DNA from: Balanoglossus misakiensis
Lineage: Eukaryota; Animalia; Hemichordata
Assembly (NCBI GenBank): GCA_040954595.2
Contig: CM082591.2
Span: forward strand, 9,503,309 to 9,567,308
Reading direction: 5' to 3'
Length of the DNA stretch: 64,000 nucleotides
The position numbers and the translations under genes are program-made. Below are positions 27,030 to 41,380 of the stretch, one piece after another (position 1 is the stretch's first letter; each line of letters begins with the position of its first letter). Under the pieces are notes generated by a model. The model saw only the letters and a program-made list of their open reading frames with translations. It ran no database searches and had not been told where the DNA came from.

Positions 27030-27087
<58 letters not shown>

Positions 27088-27102
27088 TATGATGATGATG
27101 AT
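27029..27102. repeat. (GAT)n microsatellite
   Basis: Direct reading. Confidence 0.95.
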
Positions 27103-27754
27103 AATTAGGAGGAGAATGATATCCTCTAAAGTGTCATACAAATGTCATAAAATTAGACTATTGCACAGAGATTCAGAAGATATAAAATGTAAGGCAGAGC
27201 TTTGTATTCTTTAATAATTATATCAATTAACAGCCATAATGGTAAAGTTCTGATTATTTGGATGGTGATAAGGCAGCATTTACAAACAGTTCTGGAGGGG
27301 CGGGAGGGTTGAGAGGGCGGCTTCAAAAATATGACACTGTCAGGATAGAGAGATCTGGGAGATATTTTGACTGCTAAGGAGGGACTTGAAAATTTAATGA
27401 ATGTCAAATGTCATGTGGCATGTTTACGACACTTACCTGGGACAATAGAGAATCACATTATTAAGTGCAATAGCTGTCGCTTCAGAATAGTATTATTAAA
27501 TGCACGTATTAACGTTTGAAAATAATTTGTTTTTCTTTTATGCACAGTTTATAAATATACCTAGAAGACAGAAAAGAACTGTACAGGTTGGATATTTCAA
27601 TAAATATGTCGGTAGGGGATGTTTGTGTCTATACGCAGCTTGCTTGCAAGGGCTTTTACAAATATTTCTTTTATCTCATACGGGAGAATGAGCATGCCTT
27701 TATTGGGGATAATCCAATTTAAGTAACGATTTTTCACCGTGTTTAATACGGGGG

Positions 27755-27755
<1 letters not shown>

Positions 27756-27812
<57 letters not shown>
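27756..27812. repeat. (CA)n microsatellite
   Basis: Direct reading. Confidence 0.95.
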
Positions 27813-27813
<1 letters not shown>

Positions 27814-27999
27814 ATAAAGACGGTTCTGAAGCTTCTTAGACCAGATACCGTCTTAAAACATGTGTGGATGGTCAATAGCGGTTCTGAAACGGTTTAGTCT
27901 AAACAAAATATGGAATTTTAAAAAAGTATGCGTGGTTTAAGCAGAAAGCTTCACAATCCTGTAAGGTTGCCATAATTTGTGAGGATGTCATTTACGAAC

Positions 28000-28929
28000 C
28001 TGTCCAGCGTTATGAGCGACTTCAGAAGAAACGTCAGAACCAGTTGAGGAACCACCTGTAAATTGTTTTAATCAGTCTTATTAACATATGAAGTAGTTTA
28101 TTCACGTGATATTTTGTTAATATACGGGTGAGTAGCTCAGCAATAACACTGGCTAGGTAGGTACGTGTAGGTGTGATGTAACGTCGATTCTCTCTTACCA
28201 ACAACCAAGACTTTCTTCCCTTGGAATTTGCTACTTTCCCGATAGTCATTCTCATGGATCTTTATTCCCTTGAAGTTTTCTTGAACAGGAGAGACGGGAA
28301 TATGTGCTTTGTTATAGACGCCAGTACACACCATAATCGAAGGTTTCAACGAAAGCTGTGTCGTCATTGGTCAGCATATGGAGCCTCCAGTACTCGTTCC
28401 CTTCATGCTTTTCGAGTTTGGTTACCTTTGTATCGAACCTGATGTACTTCTCGAGGTCACCGTGGGCTGCGTAGTCTTGCAAATATTTACTACAGAGGCG
28501 ATGACAAAATTAGGGTGTGGAAAAGGGAAATCAGAAAACGAGAACATTTCTTTGCTAATATTTGTCACAAGTGTGTCGTATATGGCGCCCCCTTGTTCAG
28601 GTCGCAACTCAGATGTGTGGTACTACAATCCACCTGGAAAGAAAGTAGAATCTTAGAAACCTAACCTACATGCACTTTCAAACAAGGCAGGCAGCGAAAA
28701 GTTCTGTTTTAAGTCGCTTGAATTTCATAAAGTAGTTGCCAGAGGTCAACTCTTTTGAACGTTAAAGTACCACATTAGTGATGGTTAATTGGCAATCAGA
28801 AGTGTTACCTAGTTTGTCGTGTCTCTCAAAACAAGCCGGCTCCAACCCATCGTCTTCCAGACAACATTTGATTGACGCGAGGCCAGAAACTCCAGCACCG
28901 ATGTTAGCCACGCGTTTCTTAGCACCCAT
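28000..28929 (-). pseudogene. FMO pseudogene (paralog C), exons 28929-28809, 28633-28199, 28055-28000
   Basis: GAGVSG FAD motif and FKGIKIHENDYR fingerprint; TGG>TAG in GGL*Y, frameshifting deletions in exon 2, downstream exons not found. Confidence 0.9.
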
Positions 28930-29778
28930 AGCGCTAACCGAATACCCGTTAACAGGGAGGTCGATGTGCAATGCAATGTTTTACCCAGATCACGCTCTCA
29001 TTTATTTTGTGCTACGATTATTTACCTATTGCTGACTCACTACACGAGGTAAAAACGTTAGAATAAAGGGAAAATCAAATATTTCACCCAGGTTTCTGGC
29101 ATATAACATAGTGGTGGACAGGTAGCCACCTATACATTCGTTTTCTAACATGTTGCCATGCATGACTCGTCCAAAAGTAAATGAGCGTAGCCCCAAATAG
29201 ATGGGTTAGTGTTTGGAGCGAATTTAGGTCATCGAGCGAATTTAGGTCATCCTTGCAAAGTACAGTGTTCAGTACGATCAAATGACCTTCATGTGACCTT
29301 CATGTACTTCTTGTTTTTTTTAAATACATCTGCATCCAGATACTGTGGTCTGCCGTTCGACAGTGGATAGTTCACTAGTTTCACCGACTAATATTGAACT
29401 GGGGTGGACTTTATGTCAGAGGCGAAATCTATATATACAGTAAGTGAATTATGATTAGGTAGACTGAATACTTTTTAAACAATAATTGCTGAATACATTG
29501 AGAAAATAGGCCACCTCGCAAGATTCCACGGTTGAAACAGCAAAAATACAAAAACACACCGTAAAGATATTGAATTAAAATAGACTAATGTTGCAGAAAG
29601 GGGAGTATTTAATATTGTATGATTGTATACGTTCATGTTCTTCGCATGAACTATTGAGTAAAATAAAAACGTGTATCAGTCCCCTCGCATATGGACTGGG
29701 GTTCGATAGGCTATAAATACCACTACAATTACTTCTAAGACAAACCAACCAATCAGGCAACACACAACACATATATCA

Positions 29779-32700
29779 CTACTTTTCTGAAAAAGAATCG
29801 TAACCTTTCAACGCAGAAAATGTGTTCGGTAGAGCATTCACAATGCGATCCCTGGCCCCGGACCATGCACCTGGTCCCTGCAGACGATACCAGTAAGGAA
29901 CCATTGGGCCATACTCAAACATCATTGCTAGTTTAGGATCCTTTAGAAGGAGACTCCAGAAAGATGGTTTAACGCCAAGGAATTCAGCTGCGTCTTCTAT
30001 AGTAGGTCCAAATGGAAGCTGTAAAGTAAGTCAGCAAGTACTTTAAGTTAAGTTAAGTTAACGCAAGTGTATCCGAAAATCAGTACACATATCTCACCCC
30101 TTTCTCGAATATGAATTTAAAATGATAAAATACAAATGTAACTTTTAAGTTGTAACAATTTTGTTATTCAAAGGAGAAGAGTGTTGCAACCCTTACGTAA
30201 ATAGCCTTGTTCCCCACGTATTTTGGTTTTTTGTCTATGTCTCGCTGCATTGTTGCTTTGTCAGGCATAACGATTTCCCCTGCAAAGACTCTTGCAGCTA
30301 TTCTAGCGTGTATTTCACACAATTGCCATTGCGGTCCGTGGACCTGCAAAGTGTTTATCAACGCCAATCGCTCAGGGTGCTCAAGTCTCACAGGAAATAT
30401 ACACTTGTACAGGTTCATCCTATCTGACTCATCTGTAACAGTGATTTATAAACAATATAATTTGATTATTGAGTAAGAAAAACATGATAAATATATTATT
30501 AATTATAGAATATCGATAACATTGACACCAGGGCGAATTCAGGTTAATGTTGGAAATTTCCTCATACCATAAGTGTTGATTATGCCTGGCCAATTTAGAA
30601 TTTGACTTTGTTGGCAGCCTTTGGCAGTTGAATGGTTTTCCTATACATTACCATAAATCCATTCTTTGTGAATGACTGGTACATCCCACTCGTATCCCGT
30701 GGCAAAGATGACTGCATCGATATCTTCCAGTTTAGTGCCGTCTTTCAGTATGACGTCATTTGTTCGAAACTCCTTAATGTCCACCACTGGTTTGATCTGC
30801 CCTTGCACAATCCTATCCTGCATTTCGTCGCTGACTACGCTGTTATTTTGTATGGGATGTGGGAATTTGCTCTGAATGGTTGTAATGAAGATGCAAAGTC
30901 GTATGTTGTTTTTCACCTTATTTTCGGTTACATGTATTTTAGATTATTTTCTTAGTAACTGGCGGAAACGCTGATAAGAACACAAAATAATAAAATCGAC
31001 ATTGGCTACACATTTTAGGGATGTCTGTCTATGTTTTTTCTAATGATATCAAAAGATACAACGGTTGAATAAAAATGCCAATAAAATTCACGTAGGGACT
31101 GGCAGGCTTACTGCCATTCAAATGTAACCACCAATGCACACGTGTTGGACACAAAGTTATAACAAGTTGGCCAAACTCAGTAAACTGTTAAACAACTTTG
31201 CGCCAGCACTATTAAAAGAAATGTATTAAAGGTCTCATGTCATGCTTTGGAAAGTTTTCATTTTTCCACGTCAAAAGCTCACCTAGGGTACCTGTCTATG
31301 CATTGCCTATTGTGTCGGTTCCGAAAAATGTGCGCGAATGCCGGAATTTGCCCCCTTTTTTCATGCCTGTGATCAGGGAGCCACTTCGCACTCGAGCCAG
31401 GCGAAGGTATTTGCATATGGACAAACAAGTACACTACGTCGTAGTGTACCATTCTGCTAACAGTAAGGTGTAATTAGCGGTCCATGCGTAATCAAGTCCA
31501 CAGACAAAGACAAGCTATATAAACAGTGTTCGCAGGCGCAAAATAAACACTTGTAAGGAAGCCACACCAGCGAACCTATTAAACCAAGGGTCGTCATGGA
31601 GGACTCCAGCGACAGTGATTTATCCCATTGCTCCGAGGAGGACAATGTTAACCAGAATTCAGACAGTGATTTTGACGAGAATTGGTTTGACGGCGCACAG
31701 CCATACCAATTTGAACCCCAGGCGTCCGGGACAAGTTGTTCCGAATCACAGTCGGAATCCGACTCGGAAGGACAAGGTGCGGGTGGTGGCCAAAGCTTGT
31801 CCTTGGCTATTTCGTGATACACTCGTTACTGACTCGTGAATTATTTTTCTAAGCTAGTCGGAATAATTTTCGCATAAAGCCACATTGTTTGATTTTCTGA
31901 TGACAATCTGGTAATTGTCGGACTGGGTACAGCGTTGCTTTTCAACTTGGGTCGACGTTTGTAGCCATACTGATCTGCTACAAAAGCGCGAGCTAGAGTA
32001 AGAACGTCGTTCTGCTTTCCGCGATGGAATGACTCTTCCGGAAAGTGTTCGCTGCGAACAACGCTGTACGGCTTTGGACCATCCCAATCGGGCCGAGTCT
32101 GTTTGACTGCCTCTGATCACTGAGATCATTGAGAAACGTTTGATGGAAAACTATAAAGTGAGACATCGGAACTGCCTTTGTTGGCGCAACCTCCAAAAGA
32201 ACAACGTTACCATGGTGTCATGACCATAGTAGGAGACTGAATGAGAAGTTGCCCTAAGTGTACACGGTCAAAGCAAAGGAAGCCCTTGTTTCACATTACG
32301 GGCAGAGGATTTGCGAAGGTGTGAAAGACTATTTGTCCACATCAAGATAAGCATTCGACTGAACTTCGAAAAGCCGAAAAACTCGACTGAGTTGGGTTAG
32401 GGGTACACGCCCACCCGCCACTTTTACTTGCTTGTTATCTAAGCACAAGGGGCAAAACGCATTGCAAGATAGTAACATACGTTAACTTCAATACCCAAAT
32501 AGTGATTTTACGCGTGGTTGTATAGGGCATGGCATGGGACCTTTAATCCATCCACCGTGCATGGACACGCCTCCTGATGAGTGAGCCATCCACCCATCCA
32601 TCGACCCATACACAGACCCACCCATCTATCCATCCATCCATCGACCCACCCACACACACACATGTACGCTTGGCGTATCGCTTGATTTCATGGAAAAATT

Positions 32701-34524
32701 TACTAACCGAATGAATTGCATGGCGAAAACAGAGAATACTTCATAAACTGACAGCTGATTTGATTTCGCAAAAATATAAATAGTGACTCTTACCTGAACA
32801 CCAAATACATGCTGATCGCGTACTCTAGTTTCGGAGAACTTCTGTAGTACGTTTGTGTACTTCGATAACGACCATATTCGCGATCTTGTGAACGAAGTCA
32901 TGTCATACGGTACCCCGTCTTGTCCTATACGAGGGAAGAACGAGACTCCGTGGCGCATGCTCAAGTATACCTGGAAATGGGCACGCCAGAGTTATTTGTT
33001 CAAGCATACCTTTCTTGCAAAGTACAAGCACTCAACTATACCAACATTGGCCCCATTAGATGGAGCAGGCTACGGCAAGATCCTCTCGCTAACCACTTAT
33101 CCCATCAAGATAACCACGGCCTTTCGACACAGCTGCTTTCTGTGTAATACCAAAAAGCCCCGGAGAAGTAGATGTTCGTAGAAAACGAAAATGCAACGTA
33201 GCCAATCGAAAACGGTGCCACATAATATGGTTAATGAATATTAATAAGTAACATCATGACGGTAATACAGAAAACATGCAATGTAGAGAGTTGTTAAACG
33301 AGTTATTGGTTACTTAAAATGATGTAACTTACCTGTCCACTAACACGAGAAATCTCACAGGCAACTTCAGCACCAGTGTAGGAGCAGCCTGTGCAGTGCA
33401 ATAGGTAATGCAGTCTTAATGTCGATGCTGTACCCAGTCTGTGTAAATTTACCCTAAGGCTACATCAACATTTGTATGTGTAAATGCAATGAACTTTATG
33501 TTCAAATATTCAACTGCCACATGTTTCGATCACATAAGGGAACGTTATATTTGTAGAATAAGTCTAATATTAATGGGCGGCATTTCGAAAGTTTGCCCCT
33601 TTGCCAGAAGAATAACGGATACTGACTTCTCAAAGAATAATCCATTTTATCAATCCTGACATTTTTCTTAGAATCCATTGATAGCTGCGAGTAATCTGGT
33701 TAATTGGACAATTTCGTGTACAGTTACAAATGACTCTGTCGACACGCAACATCAGCGTCTGAATATAATAATATAGATACATGTAGCTAGACAGACAGAC
33801 ACATCAGACAGACAGACAGACAGACTTCTGAATTCAGTTTTACCGACAACTAAAACTTTCTTCTCTTTGAATGGGCTGCTTTCCCGATATTCATTCGCAT
33901 GGATCTTGGTTCCCTTAAAGTTTTCCTGACCAGGATAGACCGGTGTAAATGCTTTGCTAAATGCACCAGTACACACCATGACGTAATCGAAGTCTTCAAC
34001 GCAAGCTGTGTCGTCATTGGTCAGCAGATGTAGCCTCCAGTACACGTTCCCGTCATGCTTTTCGAGTTTGATCACCTTTGTATCGAACCTGATGTACTTC
34101 TCCAGGTCAAAGTGGACTGCGTAGTCTTGCAAATATTTAATGCAAAGTTGGCGTCTACAAAATGGTGGACACTCATTTGGAAAGGGGAAATCTGAAAATG
34201 TGTGCATTTCTCTGCTATTGTTGGCGACAACCGAGTCATATAGAGCCCCTCCCTGTTCAGGTCTCAACTCAGAGGTATAGTTCCACAATCCACCTGGAAA
34301 GAGGACCATGACTAAGTATTAAAGGTACTCGGTCACATATGCAAATTTTGCAACAGTTTCCATGGCTTCTGTCATTTGCTGTTTGTTATTTACAACTGCT
34401 TACCTAGTTTGCCGTGTCTCTCGAAACAGAACGGCTCCAAACCATCTTCATCCAGACAACTCTTGATCGACGCGAGGCCGGAAACTCCGGCACCAATGAT
34501 AGCCACACGTTTCTTTGCGGCCAT
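29779..34524 (-). CDS. Flavin-containing monooxygenase (paralog B), 7 exons, 499 aa
   Basis: Exons 34524-34404, 34293-33844, 33388-33333, 32970-32794, 30871-30652, 30432-30197, 30018-29779. [34 protein letters not shown] motifs; phases consistent. Confidence 0.93.
31230..32542. mobile_element. Kolobok deletion derivative in an FMO-B intron
   Basis: TTAA-AGGTCTCATGTCATGC...GCATGGCATGGGACCT-TTAA. Degenerate THAP domain on minus 32213-31920 (CSFGGC...SFP...SEHF...LKSNAVP) and a convergent acidic PYQFEP ORF start on plus 31596-31817. Confidence 0.85.
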
Positions 34525-35913
34525 TCCGATAAATGAATTACCACTGTGATCTATTTACATAATGACAGTCCACGTTACTACCAAGAGGCTGAAAAAAGAG
34601 CCTGACGCAATGCACTATTGTGATAAGTTGTGCACTCTGCTATAAATACCAGATATAAATACAATCCGTGTGTGTATCATATATACGATCATGGTACGCC
34701 ATACAGAATGTACCAACGTCATACTGTTCATATCCAAATGTGCCACCATATAGGTAATTGCAAGATATCACCAGTGAGTTCAGGGAATATCACACCACAG
34801 GAAAAGCTCAGGGCCAACACAAAGGGAATATATGAGTCCTGGCGGGGTACGGGATTGCAGCCACCGCAATAGCACCGGCAAGTAATTTCGTTCTTAATTC
34901 CCCAACAATGTATATACATGTACACTTTGGGCCGCTATTAAGAGACGCGTATATTTCTTTGTATTCATGTACTGGTTCTGATGAGAACGCTGAAATATGC
35001 AAAGTAGGTAATACGTCCCCCTCAAGCTGGAAACATTTGGTATCATCCTCCAAACGAATATCATTCCAAATCTGGCGTAAAATGATTGTCATTTGTATCA
35101 GTTCTGCCTGAATATGTATTAAAATAATACATTAATTACTCGTAATATTAAAGGTCGAATATCTGTAACTTGTGGTCTTTTGGATAGAGAGTAGTACAAG
35201 AAGATATAGTTGATACACAAAAACAATTACTGAAAAAGTAGCCACGAGTTAAAGTTAGTGGCTCATCAAATTGACCCATGCTCAAAAATTATACTATGTT
35301 ATGCATTTGTTCGTCAAGTAAAATAGAATTAAAACATAATGCATGTGCACCGCCTTTCTAAGAAGTAAATATATTTGGCATGACTTATATAATGTGATCC
35401 ACTACATTTATAACATGCAATAGCCATAATTTTACTATACGATACTCTTCAGTTTTCTGATCCACTCATATTCAGCTTTTAGACATTTATTTCTAACCTT
35501 TCTAGAATGAATGAAAAGGAACAAAATCTGAAACGACCGTAAAGTGTAATGTAAACATCAATGCATTTCATAATTCGGATTTATTAGGGCCCGGCCTATT
35601 TGGAAATTCAGTGGTTATAGTTTGAGGTCATAGGGATCCTGAAGGTGGCCTAAGATAAGCATACCAACAATTTCCCAAAACATGTTTCTACTCATAAAAC
35701 TGATAATGTTATATTTGCATATTTTTCTGGCAAAACTAATTGCAATGGTTGGCTACTGCCAGATTGTGCTTGCTTTATAAAAATACTAAGTATGAATAAA
35801 AATACTGCATTACGTGTGAGACTAAATTGACCTGGGCCAAACATCAAACTACCACTGTTATACACTTTATGAGACAAACGGAAGAGCAACGCCAACATCA
35901 GAATAAATGTGCA

Positions 35914-38900
35914 TTACTCTTTTTCTTCGGAAGAAGGGTAGCCTTTTAAGGGATATATTGTGTTTGACTGAGCATTCACAATGCGATCCTTTGCACCAGA
36001 CCATGCACCTGGTCCCTGCAGACGATACCAGTAAGGAACCATTGGGCCATACTCAAACATCATTGCTAGTTTAGGATCCTTTAGAAGGAGACTCCAGAAA
36101 GATGGTTTAACGCAAAGGAATTCGGCTAAGTCTTCTATAATAGGTCCAAATGGAAGCTGCAAATAAATAAAAAAGGTGTAATTAATCAAGTTACAGACAA
36201 TTATTAACATACAAGGACTCAAAATATCAAGTTCACAACAAAATTGTCTATATCACTCTAACAATGTTTTTATTGTATTGTAAAGAAAGTCATTAAATAA
36301 AACCCTTACATTTTCGATCTTGGTTCCCATGTATTTTGGATTCTTGTCGATGTCTCGCTGCATTGTTGCTTTGTCAGGCAATACAATCTTCCCGCTAAAA
36401 ACTCTTACAGCTATTCTGGCGTGTAATTCACTAAGTGGCCAGTGTGGCCCCAAGAGTGACACTACGTTGATTAACGCCAGTCGCTCGGGATGTTCTACAC
36501 GTACAGGAAACAGGTACTTGTACAGGTTGACACTATCTGTCTCATCTGCAAGACGAGTGTTATACAATACAATTTGTGACAATAGGTTTAAATATTGTCA
36601 AACTTCATCATGTGTGTTTATGTTCAAACATCTATAGTAACTTACCAGATATTGATGTATTCAATAAACATATCATACAAATTTATGTTTCAAAACACAA
36701 TGTCTGCCATTTGCCTGCAAAATAATTGCTGGTGACCCCTTATAGCTATATAACAAGTAACAATAGACGCTGATAGATAGATCTATAGATAGATCTATGT
36801 ATAGATATATAGATTGATGGAAAGAGAGAGAGAGAGAGAGAGGTGGGGAGGGAGAGACAATTAGAGAGAGAGATTTACCATAAATCCATGTATTGTCAAT
36901 CACTGGTACTGCCCACTCATATCCGGTGGCAAATATGACTGCATCGATACTTTTCAGTATAGTACCATCTTTCAGGATGACGTCATTGTTATGGAACTCT
37001 TTAATTTCCGCCACTGGTTTGACCTGACCTAGTACAATCCTATCTTGCAATTCATCATTGACTATGTAGTCTGTTGCGGGACATGGGACCTTGGTCTAAT
37101 GTTGCAATACATGTAAATGAATAAGCAAAGACGGGATGCAGACAGACAGACAGACAGTCAAATGTAAACATATAGACAGACAAACAAAAAAGGCAATACA
37201 AAAACAAACAAACGAACAAAGTAACATAACAAAACAAACAAGTGACCTATCGGTCAAAAGAGCTCTGCTGACTTTAACAGTGTAACCTGGGCAATGATAT
37301 GAATACCCAAGGTTTTAATTCATAACAATTGTATTCTATTGAACAAAACCAAACATAGACATCACAAGTATTTATCCAAATTCAGCTTGATTCATTGTGC
37401 TAAAGAAAGAAAGAATTGAATCCTAAAGAACAACATCAAAAGGAAGCACCAAGGTAAAAAAACCCGTTCTAATTTGCATATTCATGACCCCATCAAAATT
37501 CCAATTAACAAAATCAGGTAGGGGCACCATAACACACATTCCTACCAAATTTCAGCTCCATCGTGCATGTAGTTATGGAGAAGAAGATTTTTGACCAAAA
37601 ACTCTATTGTTAGATCTAATTTGCATATTCATGACCCGATCAAATCCAAATTAACAAAATCAGTTTAGGGCACCATAACACACATTCCAACAAAATTTCA
37701 GCTAAATATGCCAAGTTGTTTTAAAGAAGAAGATTGAAATACCAAAAGTTGACGGACGATGGACGGACGGACGGACGACGGACGGACACTTATCAACCTA
37801 CTGCTACAGCTCGGCTGACACAAGTGACAGCAGAGCTAATAATTCACAGACCTAAAGCAGACAAATCAGTGGTTTTGGTAAAAACATCTAGTAAGGTAAT
37901 TCATTTGTTCATGACAAACAATGCGTACTGTTAAATTCAACTGTTTATATTTTCGAAGTTATTGCTCTTACCTGAACACCAAATACAGTCTGATCTCGTA
38001 CTCTAGTTTCACTGGTCTTTTGTGCTACACCGATAAGTTTTGATGGTGACCGTACTACTGATAGTTTGAATAAAATAATGTCAAACGGTACACCGTCTTG
38101 GTTAATTCGGGGAAAAAACGACACTCCATGGCGCATGCTCAAGTATACCTACAAGAAGAATTTGAATAATTTCTATTTAATCAAGCAGGTTTCAAGGAGA
38201 CTACCATCGACCACAAATAAACAAGACTATTTATGTTACTTTGATAATATGAGGCAGACTTTGGCAATGTCATCTCGCTTACCACTGACCCAGATTGATA
38301 TGCACAATATAATATATAATATATCTACTAGAACTGAAATTTGTTCAACTGTTTTTGCAGTGTTAACACGTTGACACATACGGACAGAATTCGGTACCAC
38401 ATTGTAGCGCACGTGTGTGAACTCGTGAGGTAAAAATAAACAAGGCACTCTGTTAGATACATCATTGATTTCATAAGAAATCCATACGAACCTGGCCACC
38501 ATTACGAGACACTTCAGAAGAAAGTTCACACCCAGTCTGACCGTTACCTGTTGAGTTACATAATCATCTTTTCTGAATCAGTCGAGCATTTAACGGTACT
38601 CCTTCGAAAAATCGTATATTTGGCTCAATATAAGATATGACATCATACAGAAATATCCTTTTTAAAAACCATGCAAATGTGATAATTTCTTGTTTATAAG
38701 CTTAGTTTATTGGACAATTATGCTGTTATTTGGCGAATACATGGCGTAGAGCCAGGAGGATCTATGCTTCTATGATTAGGTGACATCAATAGTCTGGGTA
38801 AATTTCTCGAGCGCTGCAGCAGTGTATTGGCTTTACATTGATATAACATTCATGATTGAAATTGGTGTGAACAAAATGAACTTTTAGATGTCTCGATCAC

Positions 38901-40152
38901 AAACAAATAAAAGGAACTTGCGTCTTATGAAACATTTTGAATTTTTGCAAAGCTTGTGAATGCAAGAAATTGATGTATGGATGGATGGATGCTGCCTTAC
39001 CAACAACCAAGACTTTCTTCCCTTTGAATTTGCCACTTTCCCGATATTCATTCGCATGGATCTTTATTCCCTTGAAGTTTTCTTGGCCAGGATAGACAGG
39101 GGTATATGCTTTGTTAAAGGGCCCGGTACACACCATGACGTAATCGAAGTTTTCAACGAAAGCTGTGCCGTCATTGGTCAGCAGATGGAGCCTCCAGTAC
39201 TCATTCCCGCCATGCTTTTCGAGTTTGGTCACCTTTGTATCGAACCTGATGTACTTCTCAAGGTCAAAGTGGGCTGCATACTCTTGCAAATATTTAATAC
39301 AGAGGCGGTGACCAAAATAGGGTGTGTATTCTTTTGGGAAAGGAAAATCTGAAAACGAGGTCATTTCTTTGCTAATGATGGTCGAAAGTGAGTGATATAT
39401 AGCGCCCCCTTGTTCAGGTCGCAACTCAGATGTGTGGTACCACAATCCACCTGGAAAGAGAGTCCAAAACATGAGTCATGACAGATAAATGTATTGCCTT
39501 GCACTGTCTTTAAAGACAACATGTTTACTAACAAAGGTTGAGGTTATCCATTATAACTGTCCGAACGACAACACTTAGGCACTCAGTGACATATATCAAT
39601 ACATCAATATAATATATACTCTTGAAATACATGGGCAAGATTTCAGACACAGATTTAGGAGCGAACAGTTGTCGGGTCAATATATCCATTTCAAAATGTA
39701 CATGTTATACCCAAAGTAAGATCCGGCGAAACTGGGTTAAAGCACACTTAGATTCGCCATTGGGACATGTTGATTTATGTTGACATTGTCGACATCTGAT
39801 ATAGGTCGATGTTGTGAATAATTGCTGTAAATTGTGTTTTTCACTTGGCAGTCTCAGAGATTGCATACCGACTTAAAATAGGATCTTCGAAACTGAACGT
39901 ATATGCACTTTCAACCAAGGCAAGCAACGAAAAATCCTGTTATAAGTCACTATAGAAATACATAATGTAGTTGTCAAAGGTAAATTCTTTTGATCGTCTA
40001 AGTAAACCAATAATGTAATCAGAAGTTTTACCTAGTTTGTCGTGTCTCTCGAAACAGATCGGCTCCAAATCAGCTTCTTCCAGACAACTCTTGATAGACG
40101 TGAGGCCAGACACTCCAGCGCCTATGATAGCCACGCGTTTCTTAGCATCCAT
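35914..40152 (-). CDS. Flavin-containing monooxygenase (paralog A), 7 exons, 499 aa
   Basis: Exons 40152-40032, 39450-39001, 38547-38492, 38148-37972, 37095-36879, 36545-36310, 36156-35914. [29 protein letters not shown] motifs; phases consistent. Confidence 0.93.
37238..37839 (+). mobile_element. Helentron-associated non-autonomous element (HINE-like), 2 core repeats
   Basis: Sub-terminal IR GAGCTCTGCTG/CAGCAGAGCT, tandem cores of about 146 bp, (GACG)n, 3' hairpin; second copy at 61277. Confidence 0.75.
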
Positions 40153-41380
40153 AGCGCTATGAACTAAACACCCGTTAAGAAGGAGTTGATTCTACGATGG
40201 TCATTTTCTAGAGCAGACACTTGCCTCGAAGTCCCCTAACTTGCTGATTTTAACATCGACATAGAAAAACTGTGTTGAAATTCACCGGATACTATCCAAG
40301 AGAATCTAGGTCATATTAACTCAGAGCACACACGACACAGTGGTCGACAGAGCACAATGCCTAGTCCTTGTGTGACCTTTTGTGCCTGTGTTGTAGTTAC
40401 ATCTGCGCCCAGACGCTGTTGTTTGCCCTTCGACGGAATAGAGTATTGTGGGAAGGTCATTCATGCATTAGTTTTCAATGAGGACTAAGTCTGTCCCAGA
40501 TAATAATCGACGGAGGTGGAGTTAATGCATTCACTTAGGGACAGTGCATTCAACTATCCCTACATTTAACAGTGTTGTTGTCCTCATGTTTACCTTAGAG
40601 ATAATGTGTGCAATGTGGGTTAGAAAGTCGACTATTCACTGTAGTGAGAGTTTCAAGAGAAATCTGCATCACTACATGTCAGAGGTGAAATCCATATATA
40701 GTAAGTATATTGTGATTCAGAAGGTTGACAACTTACTGTAGATTCTTACTATTTTTTCCATATGTTTTAGTTCATGTACCAATTGCATTTTGGTATTGCC
40801 CTTTCTTCATTATCCTAGGATGGCAAGTTTTCAGTACACCATCACCAAGTCATTTATAGTGACCACATACACATGATTGTTAGTGTTAGCTAATGCAGTT
40901 ATGAGTTTGGACCTGAACACCGTTTTAGAACAATAACAGTGCCGTTATCCATACATTGACTACATTGAGAAGATTTATACTAAGCATCCAATTCCGTTTG
41001 GGGGCACCTTTTAAGATTCCTTGGTTCAAACAACAAAAACACAAAAACACACACAACAAAAACTATCAATCACATCCGTTTGTTTCATTTCCACCACACA
41101 AGAGTAACTCCAACACACTTTAACTTATTCTGTCATCATAAGAAATTAAACAAAACAGAAAAACAAATTGTCTTCATTATTAAAATGTTTATTGTATGTA
41201 AAACTGAATATATTAGGAAATACATATGGAATACATTAAGTAACAACTAAAATACACTAATTGTATTCTAAAAACTAAAGATAAAAAGTCATTGGTGTAA
41301 ATATCAAATAAAAAAACAGAAAACATAAAGCAGTAAATATTAAATTTAAAAATGCTTAAAATAATTTCCTGGAGTTAGGA

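Noticed and set aside
35692-35913. In-frame hydrophobic ORF after the FMO-A stop as a lost transmembrane tail
   Set aside because: FMO-B stops at the equivalent position, and the two downstream sequences are dissimilar.
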